A stretch of DNA of 32,000 nucleotides, from assembly GCF_016806735.1 (NCBI RefSeq), contig NZ_CP060530.1:570001-602000 (forward strand), in the 5' to 3' direction. A program made the position numbers and the translations under genes. The notes below the pieces were generated by a model. It was not told the DNA's origin and did no database searches. It was given only the letters and a program-made list of their open reading frames with translations. The DNA comes from Candidatus Micrarchaeum sp. Its GTDB lineage: Archaea > Micrarchaeota > Micrarchaeia > Micrarchaeales > Micrarchaeaceae. Shown here one piece after another: positions 7,796-15,142 of this stretch (the first letter of the stretch is position 1; every line of letters starts with the position of its first letter).

Positions 7796-8929
7796 TTGCC
7801 GAAGAAGACTACCGATGATAAAAAAAGCTCAGGGCATGAAGAAGAGCCTGCGAAGCAGCTCGAGATGTTCGGGGCTAAGATACTCGGCGACATAGAAAGA
7901 AAGCAGAATCCCTCGTTCAATGTTACGACCAGAACCAGGTCAAACATAAGCTATGACGAAAAGGAGGGCTACCTCAGACTTGGCTCAGCCGCCGAAGAGC
8001 ATAATTTCATAAATATCGCACAATCAAAAAGGTTTATGCAGACCGTGGCAATAGCTGCAAAATGCCACGATTTTGTGAAGCAGAACCTGCACACTACGAT
8101 AAGGGGACTGTTCTACCAGCTAAAGTATTCGCTTGGAGACGACATAGACGAAAACATATTCAACGAGCAGAGCGAATCGAATCCGCTTATAGAAGACCTT
8201 GAAGTAGCGCTCAGCATGAAGAGGGAAAACCTGAACCTGAACGCAAACAGGAAGGGAGTACTAACCGGCAACATGAGAGTACTTGACAGCTTTGGCGACG
8301 AGAAGACAGAGATAGACACAAGCAAAATGGGAAGGAGCGGATGGGCAATACCGAGTGACGTCGACAATGACATAGAGTTTGTGGATGTCAAGGCAAAATA
8401 TGTGATAGTAGTAGAGAAGGATGCGCTCTGGCAGAGGCTGAACGAAGACGGATTCTGGAAGAAGGAGAACGCAATACTCATAAGCCCGCAAGGGCAGGCA
8501 GCCAGAGGAACGAGAAGGATAATAAGGAAGCTAGCGGACATGGGTCTGCCGGTCTACGTATTCAACGATGGTGACGCCTGGGGCTGGTACATATACTGGA
8601 CGATAAAGACAGGCAGCATGAACCTCGCGTACATAGGCAGGGACATAGCGACCCCCGAAGCAAGGTTCATTGGAGTGACCATGTCGGACCTTGAAAGGTA
8701 CGAATTCCTGAAGAGCATGACGATGCGCGCTACCGAGGTGGACCTCAAGAGGGCGCAGGAAATGCTCAACTACCCGTGGATAAACAGGCACAATGAGTGG
8801 GTCAAGGAATTAAAGGAGGTCCTTAAAACCAAGAAGAAGCTTGAGCAGGACACGCTGCAAGGCCCAAGGCTGACATTTGTCGACGATTATATAAAGGAAA
8901 AGATAAAAAACAAGGAATTCATGCCTTGA
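7796..8929 (+). CDS. top6A: DNA topoisomerase VI subunit A (Spo11 family)
   Basis: The 5Y-CAP region carries Tyr (TIRGLFYQLKY). The Toprim Glu is in VIVVEKDALW and the DxD is in VFNDGDAWGWY. Start TTG 7796 is preceded by GGTGA (7787-7791) with a 4-nt spacer; the alternative is ATG 7865. Confidence 0.92.
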   Translation: MPKKTTDDKKSSGHEEEPAKQLEMFGAKILGDIERKQNPSFNVTTRTRSNISYDEKEGYLRLGSAAEEHNFINIAQSKRFMQTVAIAAKCHDFVKQNLHTTIRGLFYQLKYSLGDDIDENIFNEQSESNPLIEDLEVALSMKRENLNLNANRKGVLTGNMRVLDSFGDEKTEIDTSKMGRSGWAIPSDVDNDIEFVDVKAKYVIVVEKDALWQRLNEDGFWKKENAILISPQGQAARGTRRIIRKLADMGLPVYVFNDGDAWGWYIYWTIKTGSMNLAYIGRDIATPEARFIGVTMSDLERYEFLKSMTMRATEVDLKRAQEMLNYPWINRHNEWVKELKEVLKTKKKLEQDTLQGPRLTFVDDYIKEKIKNKEFMP

Positions 8930-8931
8930 TT

Positions 8932-9585
8932 TCATGCTGATCTCCAAGCTTCAGCAAGCTTGTCCTTCATTTCCTGCGACGTAAAGCTGTTCAGCAGAAG
9001 ATTTTGCATAAGGAGCTTTGCATGCGAATATTCAGTGTTGGATACCGAAGTAGGATATTTCCTTATTCTGGCTATGCCTTTAACCATACCTGATGCCATG
9101 CTGTCCAGTATTTCTTGGTCCTTTCCAAAAGAAGCCTCGGACATCAAGTCCTCAAACACGTCAATTTTGGTCAGGGCAGCAATCCCTCGTTCGGAAAGCA
9201 GATAATCCATGGTTTCAGACACAATAGCACAAAATTCCGGCATATTCCCGGATATCCTCGTGTCTTTGGCTATTGAGCTAAACGGGGTGTTGTTGGTTAC
9301 GTCCTTCCTATAAGGTGCAACAGGCCCTGCATATACGATATTCTTGTGCTCCTGTAGGAGCTTCTCGAGATCCGGGTCCATCCTGCGCTCTTCCTCCAGC
9401 CTAATAATTTTGCTTGATTGGTTCAACTCAAGCAGCAGGGATTTCAGCGTTTTCCCCATATCGGCATGTCCGTTTAGATTTGCAACCTTTGATATAATCG
9501 AAAGCGTCATGAACTTTTCAGATTCCTCCTTTTCAGCGCTGCCCTTATTGTCTTCCTTTTTGTTTTTGAATACCATATCCTTCAT
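8932..9585 (-). CDS. hypothetical protein (probably helical, charged N-terminus)
   Basis: 217-aa ORF starting at ATG 9585, with a TATA-like box upstream. No motif recognised. Codon usage resembles its neighbours. Confidence 0.55.
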   Translation of the reverse strand: MKDMVFKNKKEDNKGSAEKEESEKFMTLSIISKVANLNGHADMGKTLKSLLLELNQSSKIIRLEEERRMDPDLEKLLQEHKNIVYAGPVAPYRKDVTNNTPFSSIAKDTRISGNMPEFCAIVSETMDYLLSERGIAALTKIDVFEDLMSEASFGKDQEILDSMASGMVKGIARIRKYPTSVSNTEYSHAKLLMQNLLLNSFTSQEMKDKLAEAWRSA

Positions 9586-9618
9586 CCCGAAAAATGATAA
9601 AGAATAAGCTGTTTTGGC

Positions 9619-9628
9619 ATATATTTAA
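9619..9628 (-). promoter_or_regulatory. TATA-box-like element upstream of the 217-aa hypothetical gene
   Basis: The minus strand reads TTAAATATAT, about 35-40 nt upstream of ATG 9585. Confidence 0.35.
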
Positions 9629-9674
9629 GGGTTTTGATTGCCGTGGCTGTTCAACGAATTCAAGAATATGTAGT

Positions 9675-10088
9675 TTATACGACGCTGAGGGTGGTTTTCT
9701 TCTTCACGGCATTGAGCACATGTCCGTAATCCCTGTAGTGTGATATTGTAGTTATGGCAACCGTGTACTCGCCAGGATCTGCGTTCATGGTGTTGTATAT
9801 GTCCAGCCTCATCTCGCGTTCCTCCATTGGCTTCAGCTCGCCCAGCCTGAGCTCCTTCTGCTTCTGCATGCCCATGTCATCAAACCCAAGCTGGTTTGGC
9901 AGTTCCATGACGACAGAAGTTAGAAGAACCTCCTTCGTAGCATTTTTAACTTTAAGGAACATCGAAACCTGGCTTTTTCTGCTAGAATAAAGCTTGTATG
10001 GTACGAACTCAGTGCTTATTCTGTAAGGTATGGAGCGCGTTAGCTCAGAAGCAGCGTCCTTTTTGCCGAATATGTTGAAGAGTGCCAT
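9675..10088 (-). CDS. hypothetical protein (probably beta-rich, no signal peptide)
   Basis: The ORF-track start at 10103 is TTG; the first ATG is at 10088 (MALFNIFGKK...). The product is 137 aa. The segment LRLGELKPMEEREMRLDIYNTMNADPGEYTVAITT resembles strands of Ig/CARDB-like beta-sandwiches. This is pattern only. Confidence 0.55.
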   Translation of the reverse strand: MALFNIFGKKDAASELTRSIPYRISTEFVPYKLYSSRKSQVSMFLKVKNATKEVLLTSVVMELPNQLGFDDMGMQKQKELRLGELKPMEEREMRLDIYNTMNADPGEYTVAITTISHYRDYGHVLNAVKKKTTLSVV

Positions 10089-10174
10089 TTGATCGCCTTT
10101 CAAATGCTAAAAATATTTCCACAATTACACTTATATATGTTCTTGTCCAATATAATATCAAAGATGTGCAATAT
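10089..10174. promoter_or_regulatory. AT-rich divergent promoter region
   Basis: This 86-bp spacer lies between ATG 10088 (minus) and ATG 10175 (plus). It contains CTTATATAT, AAAAATATTT and AATATAATAT boxes. Confidence 0.4.
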
Positions 10175-10642
10175 ATGCCTATAAAGTACAACATAACAAA
10201 ATATGATGTTCTTGTTGGTGAAATACACAGGCTAGTACAGAAATACAACACGCACCACACATATAGGGCAGATGCAAAACCCGACGGGGATCCGATCGAG
10301 TTTACCGAAGAGGAATTGCAGCTCAAAGCTATCGCAGTCATAGTAGCTTCTTTTTCTTCAGGCCATTCATGGCAGACGCATAAATGCATGGAAAGCGAAG
10401 GCCAGCTTGACAAGCCGGAAGTGAAGGAGGAATACATTCAAGCCGAGCAAAGCCGGTGGAAGAGCATCAACCTCAACGATGTCGAAGAGCTTGCTGGCAC
10501 GCCGATAAGCGACCAGGCATTCTATCGCTGGCTGTTTTACAACGTTGAGAAGGGAAAGCAGAAGCTTTACAAGGAGGCGTGGATAAGGCTCAAGGCCGAA
10601 TTTGAAAGCTCATGCGACGAGCTGGAACAAAGCAAAAATTAA
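10175..10642 (+). CDS. hypothetical protein
   Basis: The ORF-track start at 10082 would overlap the divergent gene. The first ATG is at 10175 (MPIKYNITKYD...), giving 155 aa. A hairpin terminator follows. No motif recognised. Confidence 0.55.
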   Translation: MPIKYNITKYDVLVGEIHRLVQKYNTHHTYRADAKPDGDPIEFTEEELQLKAIAVIVASFSSGHSWQTHKCMESEGQLDKPEVKEEYIQAEQSRWKSINLNDVEELAGTPISDQAFYRWLFYNVEKGKQKLYKEAWIRLKAEFESSCDELEQSKN

Positions 10643-10670
10643 GCGGAATAGGCATATGTTCCGCTTTTCG
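10641..10670 (+). terminator. hairpin plus T-run terminator
   Basis: An 8-bp stem, aagcggaa (10641-10648) with ttccgctt (10659-10666), flanks a 10-nt loop. It overlaps the stop codon, and T-runs follow (...cttttcgacgtattttt). Confidence 0.5.
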
Positions 10671-10789
10671 ACGTATTTTTCAATACCGGAAGTTCCAACA
10701 AAGTCTTGGTTTGTCGACAAAAAAAAGAAGCTTTAAATTGGTAACGGAATATTGCCGTTCCATTTAAGTTTTATCGCTGCATATATCGC

Positions 10790-10801
10790 TTTTTAAATAT
10801 T
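10790..10801 (+). promoter_or_regulatory. TATA-box-like element upstream of nrdJ
   Basis: TTTTTAAATATT lies about 50 nt upstream of ATG 10847. GGGTG sits 9 nt before the ATG as a possible SD. Confidence 0.3.
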
Positions 10802-10846
10802 AAGCCACAATTATCCATTGCAACAAATTTTTGTGGGTGTGCTGAA

Positions 10847-13120
10847 ATGGTGACCAGTGTAATAAAAAGGAACGGGATGAAGGTTGCTTTCGATGAAAGC
10901 AAGGTGGTTAGGGCAATATCAAGGGCTTTTTCTGACGTATATATAAAGAGCGGCAAGGAGGAGAATGAAAAGGAAGCCGAACTGCTTGCCAAGGAGGTCA
11001 TGGAGCTCGTAGACAAGCTAGGCAAGGATTCGGTGCATGTCGAAGAGATCCAGGACATAGTGGAGCAGGTCCTCATGGAAAAAGAGCCTTCAGTAGCCAA
11101 GACCTACATATTGTACAGGCACAAGCGGGCAGAGGTAAGGGCTTACAAAGCTTCTCTAGGGATACAGGAGGACGACCTCAAGCTACCTATAAACACGCTC
11201 ATAGTGCTTGCAGCCAGATACCTTCTCAAGGACGAGAACGGAAAGATTATGGAAAGCCCTATGCAGATGTTCAGGCGCGTTGCAAGGGCAATATCATCTT
11301 CAGAAAAGAACTACAGCAAGAGCGACAAGGAAGTCGAAGAAATAGAGAACATGTTCTACAACGCCATGGTCAACTTCAGGTTCATGCCAAACTCTCCGAC
11401 GCTTATGAATGCAGGGACCAAGCTAGGGCAGCTAAGCGCTTGCTTCGTACTGCCAGTTGGCGACTCCATACCTGAGATATTCGATTCGGTAAAGAACGCC
11501 GCATTGATACACCAGAGCGGAGGAGGCACGGGCTTCGCATTCTCAAGGCTAAGGCCTACGAATGACATAGTGAGGAGCACCGGCGGCGTGGCTTCCGGGC
11601 CGATATCGTTCATGAAGGTCTTCGACTCTGCTACCGAGCAGATAAAGCAAGGGGGCAAGAGAAGGGGTGCCAACATGGGCATACTTAGGATAGACCATCC
11701 AGACATATTGGATTTCATAGTTTCTAAGGAAAGCGAAGGCACGCTCAGGAACTTCAACATATCCGTTGGCATAACGGAAAAGTTCATGGACGCGCTGAAG
11801 CACAATGCCGAATACAACCTCATAAACCCAAGGAGCGGCAAGCCTGTCGGCAAGCTCAACGCCAGGGCAGTATGGAATCTCATAGTAACCATGGCGTGGA
11901 AAACTGGCGATCCTGGGCTGGTATTCCTTGACCGCATGAACTCCACGTATTCAAATCCTGTTCCAGAAAGGGGTCCGATAGAGTCAACAAATCCGTGCGG
12001 CGAACAGCCACTCTACCCGTACGATTCGTGCAACCTAGGTTCGATAAACCTCGCGAAGATGGTAAAGCCCGTTGACGGGCATTTTGAGGTAGACTGGGAC
12101 GGGCTCAGGGAAACCATAAGGCTGGGCACAAGATTCCTTGACGACGTCATAGATGCCAACAGCTATCCGCTGAAGCAGATAGACGAGGTTTCGAAGGCGA
12201 TAAGGAGGATAGGCCTCGGAGTAATGGGCTGGGCTGACATGCTCATAAAGCTCGGGATAAAATACAACAGCAACGAGGCTCTGCTTCTTGCGGAAAGGGT
12301 AATGTCGTTCATAACAGAAAATGCAAGGCAGATGAGCCAGGAGCTGGCTGAGGAAAGAGGCCCGTTCCCGGATTTCGAGAGGAGCATATGGTACAAGCTC
12401 GGGTTCAAGCCGCTTAGGAACTCCACAGTCACGACAATAGCACCTACCGGAACCATAAGCATAATATCAGGAGGCGCATCGCAGGGAATAGAACCCATAT
12501 TTTCAGTCGTATACATGAGAAACGTCCACGAAAGCTTGGGTTCCAACCTCATAGAGGTGGACAACGAATTCGAGTGGTACGCGCTGCAAAATAATTTCTA
12601 TTCTGACGAGCTCATGAAGAAGCTTGCCGGGCGCGTATCCATACAGGACGTAGAGGAAATCCCTAAGGATGTGAGGGAGCTTTTCGTAACTGCTTATGAC
12701 ATAGCCCCTGAATGGCATGTCAAGATGCAGGCAGCGTTCCAGAAATACACTGACAACGCAGTATCCAAGACAATAAACTTCCCAAGCTGGGCCACGCCTC
12801 AAGATATAGAGAAGGCCTACGGGCTGGCATACGACCTCGGATGCAAGGGCATAACGGTATACAGGGACAGCAGCAAGAGCATACAGGTGCTTCAGGCAGT
12901 AGATACCAAGCAGAACCAGAAGACCATATCGCAGATGAAAGAGAAGCATATTGGCGCAAAGGAAGAGGCATCTGTAACCATGGAGTACATAAGGAGCAGC
13001 GCGAACAGCTATACCATATCTGCCAAGGAAGAGGTCAAATGCCCGGAATGCGGCAACGCAATGGTGGCCAGCGAAGGCTGCTTCACCTGCCCAAAGTGCG
13101 GATACAGCAAGTGCGACTGA
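10847..13120 (+). CDS. nrdJ: class II (adenosylcobalamin-dependent) ribonucleotide reductase with N-terminal ATP-cone and C-terminal Zn-ribbon
   Basis: The ATP-cone is visible (VIKRNGMKVAFDESKVVRAISRA...YILYRHKRAEVR). The active-site segment is STNPCGEQPLYPYDSCNLGS, and TIAPTGTIS is present. The C-terminus has CPECG...CFTCPKCGYSKC. No nrdB-like partner is adjacent. Confidence 0.88.
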   Translation: MVTSVIKRNGMKVAFDESKVVRAISRAFSDVYIKSGKEENEKEAELLAKEVMELVDKLGKDSVHVEEIQDIVEQVLMEKEPSVAKTYILYRHKRAEVRAYKASLGIQEDDLKLPINTLIVLAARYLLKDENGKIMESPMQMFRRVARAISSSEKNYSKSDKEVEEIENMFYNAMVNFRFMPNSPTLMNAGTKLGQLSACFVLPVGDSIPEIFDSVKNAALIHQSGGGTGFAFSRLRPTNDIVRSTGGVASGPISFMKVFDSATEQIKQGGKRRGANMGILRIDHPDILDFIVSKESEGTLRNFNISVGITEKFMDALKHNAEYNLINPRSGKPVGKLNARAVWNLIVTMAWKTGDPGLVFLDRMNSTYSNPVPERGPIESTNPCGEQPLYPYDSCNLGSINLAKMVKPVDGHFEVDWDGLRETIRLGTRFLDDVIDANSYPLKQIDEVSKAIRRIGLGVMGWADMLIKLGIKYNSNEALLLAERVMSFITENARQMSQELAEERGPFPDFERSIWYKLGFKPLRNSTVTTIAPTGTISIISGGASQGIEPIFSVVYMRNVHESLGSNLIEVDNEFEWYALQNNFYSDELMKKLAGRVSIQDVEEIPKDVRELFVTAYDIAPEWHVKMQAAFQKYTDNAVSKTINFPSWATPQDIEKAYGLAYDLGCKGITVYRDSSKSIQVLQAVDTKQNQKTISQMKEKHIGAKEEASVTMEYIRSSANSYTISAKEEVKCPECGNAMVASEGCFTCPKCGYSKCD

Positions 13121-13133
13121 AAAGGCCGCACCC

Positions 13134-13165
13134 TCTTTTTTTCTTTTTCTCTTTTCCTTGTTTTC
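13134..13165 (+). terminator. oligo-T / pyrimidine-rich termination tract after nrdJ
   Basis: The sequence tctttttttctttttctcttttccttgtttt begins 14 nt after the stop. It contains a T7 run at 13136-13142, and archaeal termination occurs at oligo-T. Confidence 0.5.
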
Positions 13166-13224
13166 GCTTACCTTTTTATTCATGTTTTCCGAAAGCAGTA
13201 TGCAGCTGGGCTGCATTCTAGATA

Positions 13225-15141
13225 TTGAGTGATTTGTTGGAAATAAAAGGCAGCAGTGCATTGAAGCTAAACCTAATATGCTTCGCAGTCATAACCGCAT
13301 CGTTCATGCTCACGCTGTACGTGCATGCCGCATTTATTTATGCCCCAGGGATTCTTACTCCTTTGTCGGATGCTTTCGGGATAGTTTATATTGCCTATGC
13401 AATGTCATTCGCCTTCCTTTACTCAAGTGGGAAATTTGCCAGGCTTAGCGTAGTTTTTGCGGCAGCAAGCGTTCTGATACTTGCAGCTGCACTTTTCAAC
13501 ATTGAAAGCTTCAACACGGGCGTAATACTTTTCAGCGGAATATATCCGCTGATAGTGATATATGCAATATCCATTCCTACGCTTGTCATCATACTTTTAG
13601 GATTCTATCTTCTCCGAGGCAGCAAGTTCCCTCACTCCAAATCAATAGCTGCTGCACTTTTCGTTGCCGCAATAATTCTCTTTGCATTATACCAGCTTTA
13701 CATATTTGGCTACAGGGGCATTGGCTCGGATGACGAGATGGTAATAGCATATTACGCGCTGAACTCGATGATCGCGGGGCACAATCCCTATTTATTCGAT
13801 TCAGTAGGCATACTTACCAAAAATATAGCCAGGTATGGCTTCACCATGCTGACGAACAACACCATAATTGGCAGGCTAGATTATCCGGCGCTTTTTATGC
13901 TTTCTGGATGGCCTTTCTACTCGATTTTTGGGGGCACTCAAGCAAATATACTGGACTACGGGAATGCAACAGGCTATCTGGCAATGTTTCTGTTGTCGCT
14001 CTTCGTGTTCGGTGCAGTAACAGGAAAGAAGGCGCTTGCAGACATGAAAATTATGGCGCCGATTATCTTTGTATTTCTGCTTTATTCTCTGCAGATAGTT
14101 TCTTTCCAATATTCGATAGCGATAATGCTGCTCATTCTCACGGTTAAATACATTGACAGCAAGTATGTATTTGTTCTCCTAGGACTGGCAGCTTCGCTGC
14201 AGGAGCTTCTATGGGTGCCTGTGATACTGGCTCTCGCATACCTTGCAGCGACCAAGGGCCTTAGGAGTGCTGGAAAGATGGCAACATTTTCTATTGCAGT
14301 ATTCCTTCTTATAAACGGTTATTTCATAGCCATAGGCCCCGGGACCTACATATCGCAGGTATTCAAGCCGCTAAACGGTGACCTTCTGCCGTTTTACCTG
14401 ACATCGATGTCTTCGATAATACAAGCCTCTGCAAATATTCCCCTCTCCGGATTCAGCGTATTGTTCTATATAATGCTCTTGCTTGGAGTAGCCATAACAG
14501 CTTACAGCGGCAACAAGCTTACGATACTTACTGGGATGTTCCTTAGCTATCTCGCACTTGACCATTCGCTTCTGATATACTATATGATGCCAATGGTGGT
14601 TATGGCTTCGGCATTTGCAATGGATATACGGATGTCGGAAAAGAGCAAGCTCAGGGAATGGATTGCTAGAATTGGCGTGAGCGATGCGAAAGCAGTAGCG
14701 TGCATTGCCATCGTTTTCTCCGTATCTTTGATAGTTTCCGTATCTTATCTTCATTATTCCTATGTCCAGGGCTTTGGGGTCTCGGCTGTAAACCAGAGCA
14801 TTTCCACAGTAAAAAACTCAACTTACGATAGCATTGTCTTTAGAAGTTCATATAAGGAAAACCAGAACGTATATCTGCTGGGCTATTATTACCTTAGAAA
14901 TTCCCCCGCAGATGAAGAAGGGCTTAGCCTTGCCCCAAATCACACCATAACAAATTCCAGTTGCACTGAGAACTGCACTGTTTCTGGATATATGAATACC
15001 AACCTCGTAACCCTGCGCAGTGGCTACAGTACCGTTTACATATCTGTGCCGGACAATGCAACAGTTTTTGATTGTGCAGTTTACAAAAATGGCTTTTATT
15101 ATCTTTGCCCCCCAATATTTGATAATAGATCAGGGGGATGA
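13225..15141 (+). CDS. polytopic membrane protein, putative GT-C-like glycosyltransferase (paralog 1)
   Basis: 638-aa ORF with a TTG start directly after an in-frame TAG. About 5 TM helices precede the loop YQLYIFGYRGIGSDDEMVIAYYALNSMIAGHNPY...LDYPALF. Many more TM helices follow, and the C-terminus is a sequon- and Cys-containing non-membrane domain. No WWDYG motif, so it is not AglB. Confidence 0.65.
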   Translation: MSDLLEIKGSSALKLNLICFAVITASFMLTLYVHAAFIYAPGILTPLSDAFGIVYIAYAMSFAFLYSSGKFARLSVVFAAASVLILAAALFNIESFNTGVILFSGIYPLIVIYAISIPTLVIILLGFYLLRGSKFPHSKSIAAALFVAAIILFALYQLYIFGYRGIGSDDEMVIAYYALNSMIAGHNPYLFDSVGILTKNIARYGFTMLTNNTIIGRLDYPALFMLSGWPFYSIFGGTQANILDYGNATGYLAMFLLSLFVFGAVTGKKALADMKIMAPIIFVFLLYSLQIVSFQYSIAIMLLILTVKYIDSKYVFVLLGLAASLQELLWVPVILALAYLAATKGLRSAGKMATFSIAVFLLINGYFIAIGPGTYISQVFKPLNGDLLPFYLTSMSSIIQASANIPLSGFSVLFYIMLLLGVAITAYSGNKLTILTGMFLSYLALDHSLLIYYMMPMVVMASAFAMDIRMSEKSKLREWIARIGVSDAKAVACIAIVFSVSLIVSVSYLHYSYVQGFGVSAVNQSISTVKNSTYDSIVFRSSYKENQNVYLLGYYYLRNSPADEEGLSLAPNHTITNSSCTENCTVSGYMNTNLVTLRSGYSTVYISVPDNATVFDCAVYKNGFYYLCPPIFDNRSGG

Positions 15142-15142
15142 G

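Noticed and set aside
7781-7798. The lonB stop and the top6A start are in the same frame, 12 nt apart, which raises the possibility of a read-through fusion
   Set aside because: TAA is a strong stop, and a GGTGA SD precedes the TTG start. Both proteins are complete on their own. Nothing in the sequence suggests recoding.
10643-10846. Possible cobalamin riboswitch or other structured leader upstream of the B12-dependent RNR
   Set aside because: Only short inverted repeats are present: the 8-bp terminator stem of the upstream gene, plus 5-6-bp arms at 10743-10759 and 10805-10836. The spacer is too short and AT-rich for a B12 aptamer, and such riboswitches are not expected in archaea or upstream of B12-dependent enzymes.
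12503-13261. 252-aa minus-strand ORF spanning the 3' end of nrdJ, the intergenic spacer and the start of the membrane paralog gene
   Set aside because: It is antisense to a confidently identified gene. The translation is Cys/His/Arg/Leu-rich and not protein-like, and it runs across an oligo-T terminator tract. This is a typical shadow ORF.
15020-15142. ORF-track N-terminal extensions: 15020-15142, 10082-10174, 10089-10103, 3461-3469, 4425-4463, 27297-27329 and 22226-22366
   Set aside because: These extensions either begin at TTG (3469, 4463, 10103, 27329; start codons of 10082, 15020 and 22366 not checked) or overlap the neighbouring gene (15020, 10082, 22366). In each case a downstream start, often with an SD motif, gives a protein colinear with its paralog or a sensible signal peptide.
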